A stretch of 23,580 nt of DNA, from the IMG/VR virus record IMGVR_UViG_3300049139_000197; one strand, written 5' to 3'. Shown piece after piece: positions 16,099 through 23,580 of the stretch. Source of the stretch: an uncultured virus (IMG/VR IMGVR_UViG_3300049139_000197) (taxonomy: Duplodnaviria > Heunggongvirae > Uroviricota > Caudoviricetes). Within the stretch, counting starts at the first letter, position 1. Every line of letters starts with the position of its first letter. A program made the translations under genes and the position numbers. Under the pieces are notes generated by a model that worked only from the letters and a program-made list of their open reading frames with translations, made no database searches and was not told the origin of the DNA.

Positions 16099-16638
16099 CT
16101 ACTTGGGCAGCTGGTTGCGGGTGTTCGCCAGGACAGCGACGGTCTTGGTGTGGACCTGCCGCTGGTCTTGGTGGACGTCGCCGTGGATGTGCTGGTGGAT
16201 GACGGGCGGGGCGGCCTGGGCGACTTCCTTGGCGCTCTTCATGAGGCCCTTGACTGCCAGGACGGGTGCCGTAAGTGCCACGGGGAGAGCTACGACGCCG
16301 GCGCAGATCCATCCGATGACGGTGGGGTCGGCCTGCCCGGAGCCCCAGAGGACGCCGGTGGCGGCTGCGCCGAGGGCGAAGATGGGGGCGCTGCTGGCGA
16401 TGAGGACGCCGCTGATGTTGGTGGCGGCCTCGCTCATGGGGGGCCTTCCCGGCTGGGCCACGGGCGGGGCGTCTCCGATGGTGGGCTTATCGGGCAGGGT
16501 GTCGTCGCGGAAGCTGGTCGGCTGGGCGTAGACGGCGTCGACTGCGGCGGCGATCTGCGCGGCGCGTTGGACGGCGGTGTCGGTGGGCTGCTCTCCCTGG
16601 GGGGTGTGGTGCTGCGGGTTGGTGAGGTTGGCGTTCAT
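16099..16638 (-). CDS. Two-TM membrane protein (possible spread/transfer accessory), 179 aa
   Basis: RBS AGGAG; Pro-rich N-terminus, two hydrophobic helices, His-rich HQHIHGDVHQD tail. Confidence 0.75.
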   Translation of the reverse strand: MNANLTNPQHHTPQGEQPTDTAVQRAAQIAAAVDAVYAQPTSFRDDTLPDKPTIGDAPPVAQPGRPPMSEAATNISGVLIASSAPIFALGAAATGVLWGSGQADPTVIGWICAGVVALPVALTAPVLAVKGLMKSAKEVAQAAPPVIHQHIHGDVHQDQRQVHTKTVAVLANTRNQLPK

Positions 16639-16667
16639 CGCGGGCTCCTGGGGCGGTGGGGTGGATA

Positions 16668-16702
16668 CAGAAAGCCCCCGGGTACGACCCGGGGGCTTTC
16701 TG
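16668..16702. terminator. Intrinsic terminator, possibly bidirectional
   Basis: CAGAAAGCCCCCGGGT-acg-ACCCGGGGGCTTTCTG, a 16-bp perfect stem with short T runs on both strands, downstream of the traB unit. Confidence 0.75.
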
Positions 16703-16715
16703 GTCGCGTGGTTGG

Positions 16716-16892
16716 TCAGTCGTCGTCCACGTCGTTGACGCTGCCGGACGACTCGGCGAAGTAGATGGCGGCGAAGCGCACAGCGGAGTGTTCGCTGAGT
16801 CCTGCCTTCTTCAGGCCGTTGATCAGCTCACTCATGTGGAGCATCGCCTCGTCCATCGGGGTCATCTTCAGTTCCGGGAATTCGTCCGGCAT
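16716..16892 (-). CDS. Small hypothetical protein (58 aa; 72 aa if started at 16934), overlapping the traB 3' end
   Basis: GAGG precedes ATG 16892; amphipathic LHMSELINGLKKAGLSEHSAVRFAAIYF; ends just before the terminator. Confidence 0.6.
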   Translation of the reverse strand: MPDEFPELKMTPMDEAMLHMSELINGLKKAGLSEHSAVRFAAIYFAESSGSVNDVDDD

Positions 16893-19014
16893 GGGGAACC
16901 TCACCGCTTGGAATGGCCGCGTAGGTTCCATCATCGCCCTTGACCAGCTTGTCCTGTAGGGCGAGTTTCGCGCACAGGTCGCGGAAGGTGCGGTCGGACA
17001 GGGTGTAGCCGGCCTTGACCATCAGGGGGTACACCTCGGACGGTTTGGCGTGCTTGCCAAGGGAGGCGAACAGTTCGACGGCGAGTTCGTCATTCGACTT
17101 GGGGGCGACGCGGGTCTTGGCGAGTTCGATGGCCGCGTCCTGGGCTGCGGCGCGCTCGAGTTCGTCTTCGTCGAGCATGGTTTCGGTGAGTCGCGGGATG
17201 GCCATGGAGGGGCCGTGGGCGGTGATGGTGTCGCCGTCCTCGTCGGTGGCGCGGCCCAGGAGCACGTCGTAGGAGGCGGGGGTGGGCCAGGAGCGGTAGA
17301 GCTCCCACACGGATTCGTGCATGCGGTCGGGGCCGACGTTGCCGTAGGCGTCGCCGCGGAGGTTGGGGATGCAGCGGGCCCAGCGCTGTCCGTATGCGAG
17401 GCCGGCTGCGCGTGCGGAGACTTCGTCGAGGTCGGGTCGGATGCTGGAGAGCTGTCGGGCGGCGTCCATGAACAGGGTCTGCATGCGCTCGTAGTCGGCG
17501 CTGTTCTGGGTGAAGGCTTCGGCCATGGTGGCGTAGGCCTTGGCGGGGGCGGGCTGGAAGGGGCCCTTGGTGGCGCTCATGTATACGACGGTGCCGGGGT
17601 CGGTGAAGATCGCCATGTCGGGGGCGCCGAACCCGGGGAAGAGCATGTCGAGTTCTGAGGCGTTGTTGGTGCGCAGGCCGATGCGTCCGGGGGTCAGTTC
17701 GTCCATGGCGGCGGTGATGTAGTCGCGGGTGGCGCGCAGGCCGGTGTTGGAGACGCGGACGTTGACGGAGCGGCCTTCTTCGATGATGAAGTCGATGCCC
17801 TGGAGGACGTCGTCGGGCATGGACTTGGTCTCGTCGACGCGAATGTGGATGGCGGGGATTTCGGGGCGGGCGGGCAGGTTGTCGATGTCCTCGTCTTCGA
17901 GGAGGTCGGCGTATTCGGTCTTGCGGGCAGCGATGATCTGGCGGGCGGCCTGGACCATGAGGCGGCATTCGTCTTCGTTGGTGGCGGGCCAGTCGATGAG
18001 GGGCACGCCGATGCCGTACCGCAGGTAGGGGTTGATGAAGACGGCGGACATCTTGGCGGAGGTGTCCATGTCCCACACGAGGGCGTCGATGCAGCGCACG
18101 AGGCCGAGTCCGAGGGTCTTCATCAGGGCGGTCTTGCCGGAGCCCTGGGCGCCGATCGCGATGAACCCTTCGTCCTTAAGGTTGAGGCCGGCTTCCGAGC
18201 CGTTGCCGATGACGCCGAACCCGACCGGCTTGTTGATGGTGGTGGGGGTGAGCCCCGGGTAGGGGATCGCGCCGGCCATCATGTTCTTGCGGGTGATGGC
18301 GATGAACACGACGTTGCGGGGCACCTCAGGGCCGCCCGCGGAGAAGGAGACGCCGCCGCCCTTGGGCAGGTGGAGGGCTCCGGCGAGTTCGGCTTCGTAG
18401 CCGCGCAGGGAGTCGATATTCATGTGCGCCGGGAGGGTGACCTTCACGGTTTCGCCGGCGCCGGAGGGCCAGCGGTCGACGATGGGGTCGGCGACGGCGC
18501 CGTCGATGCCGCAGATGTCGTACAGGAGTTTCGCCCAGCCCTGCTGTGCCTTGGCGATCTCTTCGCCCTGCTCGAGGCGACGGTAGAACTCCTTCTCTGC
18601 CTCACGGGTGGTCTCGCCCCACTTGTCCATGCCGATGTTGACGGCTGCTCCGGTGGCCCAGATGGCGCCGCCGAACGTCATGGTGAGGAGGGTGGGCTGG
18701 GTGGCGAGGGCGTAGGACAGCCAGCCGGTGGTGGCGAGCCAGGAGGAGACTCGGGCGACCATGACGCGTCGCCAGGAGCCGCGGGCCTTCTCGTAGAGGA
18801 CGGCTGCGCCGGTGCAGAGAAGTCCGGCTCCGGCGCCGGCTTGCCAGGGGATGTCGGCTAGGGGGGCAACGAGTGCGCTGGCGCAGGCGAGTTCGGCTCC
18901 CCAAGCGGTGAGGCGCCCGGGGGTGACGGCGTCGCGGCTGAAGTCCCACCGCTTCGGCTTGTCGGACATGGTTTCGAGGCCGGCGGGGATCTCGGTCTTG
19001 GTCATGGTCTTCAT
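16828..19014 (-). CDS. traB: FtsK/SpoIIIE-family conjugative DNA translocase (Streptomyces TraB-like), 728 aa
   Basis: N-terminal TM helices, Walker A GAQGSGKT, Walker B IHIRVDE, EGRSVNV motif and a C-terminal winged-HTH-like region; this is the TraB architecture. Confidence 0.85.
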   Translation of the reverse strand: MKTMTKTEIPAGLETMSDKPKRWDFSRDAVTPGRLTAWGAELACASALVAPLADIPWQAGAGAGLLCTGAAVLYEKARGSWRRVMVARVSSWLATTGWLSYALATQPTLLTMTFGGAIWATGAAVNIGMDKWGETTREAEKEFYRRLEQGEEIAKAQQGWAKLLYDICGIDGAVADPIVDRWPSGAGETVKVTLPAHMNIDSLRGYEAELAGALHLPKGGGVSFSAGGPEVPRNVVFIAITRKNMMAGAIPYPGLTPTTINKPVGFGVIGNGSEAGLNLKDEGFIAIGAQGSGKTALMKTLGLGLVRCIDALVWDMDTSAKMSAVFINPYLRYGIGVPLIDWPATNEDECRLMVQAARQIIAARKTEYADLLEDEDIDNLPARPEIPAIHIRVDETKSMPDDVLQGIDFIIEEGRSVNVRVSNTGLRATRDYITAAMDELTPGRIGLRTNNASELDMLFPGFGAPDMAIFTDPGTVVYMSATKGPFQPAPAKAYATMAEAFTQNSADYERMQTLFMDAARQLSSIRPDLDEVSARAAGLAYGQRWARCIPNLRGDAYGNVGPDRMHESVWELYRSWPTPASYDVLLGRATDEDGDTITAHGPSMAIPRLTETMLDEDELERAAAQDAAIELAKTRVAPKSNDELAVELFASLGKHAKPSEVYPLMVKAGYTLSDRTFRDLCAKLALQDKLVKGDDGTYAAIPSGEVPHAGRIPGTEDDPDGRGDAPHE

Positions 19015-19027
19015 CTCCTCTCTGGTG

Positions 19028-21283
19028 TTAGTTCTGGCCGGGGCGGCCGACGACGTCCCACTTCTTTTCTGCGTTGGCGCCCTTGCGGGGCTTCGCGTTG
19101 AGCTTGAGTTCGCGCTGGTGGGCGCGCTGGGCGGCCTTGATGGCCTTGCGGAGCTCGGAGGCGACGTTCTTCACCTTGGAGGCGGTGGCGAGGACGGTGT
19201 TGTCGACGACGTCCTCGGTGGGCCAGGTTTTGGCCATGCGGCGGTACAGCTTGGTGACGGCGTCGGCGACGACTTCGACGCCTCCGGCCGCGCCAGCAAC
19301 TTCGGACAGGCAGGTCACCATGTGACCGCGGTCGAAGCCCTTCATCAGGCTGACGAGCTTCTTGGTGCTGTCGTGCGAGGCGGGTACGAGCTTGCCTGTG
19401 CCGCTGCTGGTGGCTCCGGCCTGGGAGCTTCCGGCGGGAAGGGCGAGGCGCTTCTGCCCGGACGCCATGATCGCGGCGCGCATCTTTGCGGCGTCGAGGG
19501 TGCCGGCGGCGTTGCGGATGTTCCACCGTTCCTCGCCGAGTCGGGGTTCCATCACGCGGTAGATGTCCTCGCGGTGCGCCTGGACGAACACGACGATGAT
19601 CGTGTCGGCCATGCGGGCGGCGGTGAGGGCTGAGACCGCGGCGTTGTTGAGGTGCTTGACGACACTGGGGTGGAGGGGCGCGGTCTTCTGGAGCGCGTTG
19701 GCGGCTTCGCGGACGGCGAGGGACAGGTTGCGGCACAGGGCGGGGATACCGACGAGTTCCACGACGTGGTCGGCCATGTCGGCGTCGCCGTCGTTGCGGA
19801 GGCCGTTCGCGAGCTGCTCCGCCATGGCGACGAGGAGCTTGTACGCGGTGGAGGCGCGCATGTCGATCTGCCGGGCAACCGCCACGCCCGCAGTGCGGGT
19901 TCCCGCGGGCTGCGTGGTAGCTACGGGGTAGGTCACGGGGGTGCTCCTTCGCTGTTCCGTTCCCGCCGCGAGGGCGAGCAGTTGGTCTTCGCGGTGCAGC
20001 TCGCGGTCGATCCACTGGTTCTCGATGCGGATGCGCTCAAGCTTCACTGTGTGCGGGTCGCCGGCGGTGCCGTCCCGGGCGGCGTCGGCTGCCGCCTTTT
20101 TCCCAACCCTGATTGCCGCGCGGCGGGCAGCCTTCTCACGCCTGGCGCGGACGAGCGCGATCCGGTCCTCGTCGATCACTTCGCCGTCGATGACGTCGTC
20201 GGGTGCGCCGTCCGGCTTCGGGGGCAGGTCGTCGTCGACGAGTTCGGCGTCGACGTACTCGTCCGGGTCGTAGCCCGGCTTCGGCGGAAGGCCATTGCCG
20301 CCGCCGCTCTTCGGGCCCTTCGGGTCCTTCTGGTCGAGTCCGTCGCGCGCCGTCGAGCTCGACGCGTCGTCGTCCCTGTGCTTCCGGTCCTTGCGCCTGC
20401 GGTCCTTCTTGTCCTTCGGCTTCTTCGGGTCCAGGCCGTCGGGTGAGCTCGTCCACGGTTCGCTGGCGCTCTCGTCTTTCTTCGCCTTGTCGGCCCTGTT
20501 CTTGCCGCTGCCGTCCTTCCCCTTCGGGTCGGTGCCGCCAGCTCCCTTTCCGTTCTTCGGGGCCTTGTCCTTGTCGTTCTTGTTCGGCTTCAGCTTGTCG
20601 GCGAGCCCCTTGCCGAGCTTGTTCAGTTTGTCGGCGACCGGGTCTTTCACCTTGGGCTTGCGGTTCTTGCCGCCACCTCCGAGGCCCGTGCCGGTTCCGT
20701 TCCCGGCGCCGGGACCCTTGGGCGTCTTGTGCCGACCACCGCCCGATCCGTTGCCGTTGGGCGACCGGTGCCGGCCGCCGCCACCGCTGTTCCCATTGTT
20801 CCCGCGGCCGCCACCAGAACCTGAGCGGTCGCGGCCTGAGCGGTCACGACCCGAGTTCGACCCGCTGGAGCCGTTGTCGTTGGCTCCGCTGTTGGTGTTC
20901 TCGTCGTGTTCACGGCGGCGTGCCCGCCACATCGAAGCGGCGAGCAGGACGGGCAGTGCGGCGCCGCCGATGATGGCACCGATGGGGCCGGCGGCGAGGA
21001 AGCCGAGGCCGATGGCGGCCGTTTCGCCGCTCACGCTGTGTGAGATCGCGGCGTATCCGTTTCGCAGCGAATTGTCACTGTTGGTCTGGTTGCGGCTCGG
21101 GGTGGGGCGGGGCGGGGAAGCGCCGCGGGGCTGCTGAACGACCACGAGGGGGCCCTGTGTGGGGTTGTCGGCCCCGCCCCGCCCCGCCCCGCCGCCGTTG
21201 ATGTCACTCGCTGTAGCGTCCGGGGAGGTCGCTGACGGGCTGATCTGGAAGGGGGTAATCGGCTGTGCGCTCACCTCCTGCAC
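19028..21283 (-). CDS. TraA-like transfer-associated protein, 751 aa
   Basis: One TM segment, long Gly/Lys/Asp low-complexity region, and two helical C-terminal repeats ending AHREDIYRVMEPRLGEERWNI and AHQRELKLNAKPRKGANAEKKWDV; directly upstream of traB. Family call is from memory of Streptomyces plasmid genes. Confidence 0.6.
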   Translation of the reverse strand: MQEVSAQPITPFQISPSATSPDATASDINGGGAGRGGADNPTQGPLVVVQQPRGASPPRPTPSRNQTNSDNSLRNGYAAISHSVSGETAAIGLGFLAAGPIGAIIGGAALPVLLAASMWRARRREHDENTNSGANDNGSSGSNSGRDRSGRDRSGSGGGRGNNGNSGGGGRHRSPNGNGSGGGRHKTPKGPGAGNGTGTGLGGGGKNRKPKVKDPVADKLNKLGKGLADKLKPNKNDKDKAPKNGKGAGGTDPKGKDGSGKNRADKAKKDESASEPWTSSPDGLDPKKPKDKKDRRRKDRKHRDDDASSSTARDGLDQKDPKGPKSGGGNGLPPKPGYDPDEYVDAELVDDDLPPKPDGAPDDVIDGEVIDEDRIALVRARREKAARRAAIRVGKKAAADAARDGTAGDPHTVKLERIRIENQWIDRELHREDQLLALAAGTEQRRSTPVTYPVATTQPAGTRTAGVAVARQIDMRASTAYKLLVAMAEQLANGLRNDGDADMADHVVELVGIPALCRNLSLAVREAANALQKTAPLHPSVVKHLNNAAVSALTAARMADTIIVVFVQAHREDIYRVMEPRLGEERWNIRNAAGTLDAAKMRAAIMASGQKRLALPAGSSQAGATSSGTGKLVPASHDSTKKLVSLMKGFDRGHMVTCLSEVAGAAGGVEVVADAVTKLYRRMAKTWPTEDVVDNTVLATASKVKNVASELRKAIKAAQRAHQRELKLNAKPRKGANAEKKWDVVGRPGQN

Positions 21284-21368
21284 TTCCTTTCATTGGTCTT
21301 GGGGGCGGTCTTGGCGGGGGCAATCAGATGGCTTGTCAGGCCACCTTCTCGGACTTCGGGAACGCGCA

Positions 21369-22559
21369 TCAGTCGGTGTTTCCCTTCCGAGCGTTCTCGA
21401 AGGCCTCGTGCATTTCGTTGTAGAGCTCGCGGAGGGTCTGGTCGGTTTCGCCGTATCCGAGCTTCCGCCAGGCCTTGATGAAGGCGCGCTGGGAGGGCTG
21501 TCCGAGGTCGGCGTAGACGCGGAAGGCGCGGGCCTTGCGCTCGGCGTCGGTCGTGGCGGGGTTCGAACGCGGCTGCGGCTTGTCGTCGTGCGGCTGGGGT
21601 GTGTCTTCGGTTTGGCTGGGGGGTGCGGCTTCCAAAGCCGCGCTGGTCAGCGGGCTGAATCCAACCGGAAGAGCCGCGTCCGGGTTGAGTGGTCCGGTGT
21701 TCGACCGCACACCCCGCATCACAGCGACCTCGAAGTGGTCGCCGCCGATCTGCATGCCCTTCTCGAAGGCGATGCGGTCGACCAGATTCGCCTCTGCCAT
21801 CTGCCGCTCGATCCCTTCCAGGCCGTGCAGCGCGGCCCGGCCGGCCTTCACGAGGGCGCGCTTGTACATGTGATCCGTCATGTGCTTGGGCTTTCCGACG
21901 GAATTCAGGTGCACGAACTTGTCGGCGGCGTTGGCGCGTGAAATGGCCTCGGCGTCGGCGCCGCGGGATCCGATTCCGAGTCGGCTTTCGAGGCGCTTGA
22001 GGCGGTCCCGCCACCAGCGGGCGAGCAACCCATCGGACTTGATCTCGATCTTCCCGAGCTTCGCTTCGAGGCCGAGGAGCTTGTGCAGGCCGTAGGCGAG
22101 CATGACGGGGCCGACGATGCGGACGAGGGCCACGCCGAGGTCTTCGTTCTCCTGCCGGACAACCTCGATCGCGCCGATGGCCTGAGCGAAGACGAGGAAG
22201 TAGGCGACGCGTGCGGTGCTCTTGTCGTTGAACGCCCACGAGTACAGCGTCAGGCCCAGGACGATCCCTTCGAGGGCAAGGCCAACGGTGAGGGTCCAAG
22301 GCGCTTCCATGTGGAGGCGCTTCTCGGCGAAGCGGATGGAGGTGTTGGCTGCGAGGCTGAAGCCGAGGAGGGTGACGAGGCCCATGCCGAGGAAGCCGGT
22401 GACGGTACGGCGCTTGGCCTTGTCGCCGCGCGTGCGGGTGTTGGTGCGGGCGCGGAGGGCGGCGATGCGGTAGCCGAAGGCGAGGGTGGTGAGGGCGAGC
22501 AGGACGGCCCATGCCTGGACGGGCACCTGCGCGACCGCGTTCTGCACATGGGTGAGCAT
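21369..22559 (-). CDS. SpdB2/DUF2637-like multi-TM spread protein, 396 aa
   Basis: Four to five N-terminal TM helices, helical middle, Pro-rich linker and C-terminal HTH-like SQRAFIKAWRKLGYG; transfer-module context. Confidence 0.65.
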   Translation of the reverse strand: MLTHVQNAVAQVPVQAWAVLLALTTLAFGYRIAALRARTNTRTRGDKAKRRTVTGFLGMGLVTLLGFSLAANTSIRFAEKRLHMEAPWTLTVGLALEGIVLGLTLYSWAFNDKSTARVAYFLVFAQAIGAIEVVRQENEDLGVALVRIVGPVMLAYGLHKLLGLEAKLGKIEIKSDGLLARWWRDRLKRLESRLGIGSRGADAEAISRANAADKFVHLNSVGKPKHMTDHMYKRALVKAGRAALHGLEGIERQMAEANLVDRIAFEKGMQIGGDHFEVAVMRGVRSNTGPLNPDAALPVGFSPLTSAALEAAPPSQTEDTPQPHDDKPQPRSNPATTDAERKARAFRVYADLGQPSQRAFIKAWRKLGYGETDQTLRELYNEMHEAFENARKGNTD

Positions 22560-22587
22560 GGGCGGGTCCTCTCTGGTGTTGGGGTGG

Positions 22588-22902
22588 TCAGGCGGTGGGG
22601 GTGGTGGGCATGGCGCGGCAGGTCTCGGCGTGCTGGCTGGCGGTGTCCTTGGCGGGCCGCAGGAAGGCGTGGGGGTAGGTGAAGCCGCAGTGGCAGCGCA
22701 CCTTGTGGCTGGTAGAGCTGCTGGTGATGACCTCGGTGGCCAGGTCGGGGAGTCGGAGAGCTTCGCCGGCGCGGGTGAGGTAGCGGGCGCTGACGGCTTC
22801 GGACTGGGTGGGCTGGAGGGTCTGGTTGGTCCGCTTGGGGCGGTTGGCGAAGATGGCGGCTGCTCGTTCGGCGAAGCGAGGGTTGGCCGGAGTGGTGTTC
22901 AC
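22588..22902 (-). CDS. Small putative Zn-binding mobile-element protein, 104 aa
   Basis: RBS GGAGAGGA; ARYLTRAG..RCHCG..QHAETCRAMP (Cys/His pattern). Confidence 0.7.
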   Translation of the reverse strand: MNTTPANPRFAERAAAIFANRPKRTNQTLQPTQSEAVSARYLTRAGEALRLPDLATEVITSSSTSHKVRCHCGFTYPHAFLRPAKDTASQHAETCRAMPTTPTA

Positions 22903-22938
22903 GGGAATCGGGTCCTCTCCGTGGGTGTGTAAGGGAGG

Positions 22939-23139
22939 TCAGGCGTTGTGGCGAATGGCGGGCTGGAGGCTGGGGAGGAGGTCGGCTTCCTGGCAGGGGT
23001 CGGGTGTGACGGGCTGCTTGTCGGCCAGCCGGGCGAGGAGTTCACGGGCGGGGGTGGCGCATTCGGCGAACTGCTCGTATTCGTCGTCGCTCCAGTCGGC
23101 GGGGTCGCCGTGGAGTTGGCGGAACTGGGGGCCGGTCAT
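22939..23139 (-). CDS. Hypothetical protein, 66 aa
   Basis: RBS AGGAAGGAG; MTGPQFRQLHGDPADWSDDEYEQF. Confidence 0.65.
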   Translation of the reverse strand: MTGPQFRQLHGDPADWSDDEYEQFAECATPARELLARLADKQPVTPDPCQEADLLPSLQPAIRHNA

Positions 23140-23224
23140 GTCGGGCTCCTTCCTGGCTGGTGGTGTCGGGTGGGTGGCGCTGTTTGGGTTCTCCTCATCG
23201 CCGGGCGCGTGACCGGGCAGGTGG

Positions 23225-23410
23225 TCAGTTGCTGTACAGGCGGCGGAGGGCGTCGATGGTGGCGGCGGCGGAGGCGGGGTCGCCCTCGGCGGTCATGTGG
23301 TTGAGGAGCTGGTGCTTCTTGCGGTTGTTGCCGGTGTCGATGGCGTCCTGGAGTTCGGCGGCGGTGTTGTTGGCGTAGTCGCTGTCGTTGTTCCGGCTGT
23401 ACGGGCCCAT
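23225..23410 (-). CDS. Hypothetical protein, 61 aa
   Basis: RBS AAAGGA; strong G/C third-position bias; helical product. Confidence 0.68.
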   Translation of the reverse strand: MGPYSRNNDSDYANNTAAELQDAIDTGNNRKKHQLLNHMTAEGDPASAAATIDALRRLYSN

Positions 23411-23580
23411 GGCGGGGTCCTTTCGGTGTGGTGGGTTCCGCTGGTCGTGCTCGGGGCCGCACCGGCAGGGGGGTGGCTGTCGATGCGGCCTCGGGCAGGG
23501 CCAGAGGGGGTGGGGGCCCAGCCGTGTCGGCTCGGTCCGGGCCCCCGGGGGGGGATCAGTCGGTGTGAATCGATCCGGAT

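Noticed and set aside
15966..16715. Expected clt locus (8-bp direct repeats bound by TraB)
   Set aside because: No convincing 8-bp repeat array seen by eye here or elsewhere; it may lie outside the window.
21164..21191. gttgtcggccccgc matching 15701-15714, plus a (ccccg)4 run
   Set aside because: Inside a Gly-rich coding region and lacks the GGGGAACA box at the fixed spacing, so not a fourth promoter copy.
21335..21384. GGGAAACA-N30-AGGTGGCC upstream of the TraA-like gene
   Set aside because: Both boxes are degenerate and the -10 position reads CCGAAG; insufficient support.
21368..23566. 12-bp match atcagtcggtgt at 21368 and 23555
   Set aside because: Only two short copies with no further similarity; cannot be supported as an att site or operator.
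1..23580. CRISPR array, tRNA/rRNA, transposase, integrase, lysis genes
   Set aside because: No supporting sequence pattern found in this window.

Overview
High-GC actinomycete (Streptomyces-like) DNA in which all credible genes are on the minus strand. Read in the direction of transcription (right to left) there are two modules. (1) 23410-16099: a Streptomyces plasmid/AICE-type transfer and spread module with small ORFs, a 4-TM SpdB2-like protein, a TraA-like protein and an FtsK/SpoIIIE-family TraB translocase. (2) 15668-1: a siphovirus morphogenesis module with TerS, TerL, portal, scaffold, decoration protein, major capsid, head-tail proteins, tail tube, tail assembly chaperones with a -1 slippery site, and a tape measure gene running off the left edge. 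The main unusual features are: a 368-aa class 1 intein in TerL whose zinc-finger HNH endonuclease is encoded in the +1 reading frame; three copies of an exactly spaced promoter-like signal (GGGGAACA-N30-AGGCGCGGGGCC) before terS, portal and scaffold; two copies of a covarying stem-loop leader before the capsid and tail-tube units; and the direct junction of virion and conjugation genes. No integrase, replicon or lysis genes are visible, so prophage versus phage-plasmid cannot be decided. All product calls come from motif recognition and gene order, not database searches.
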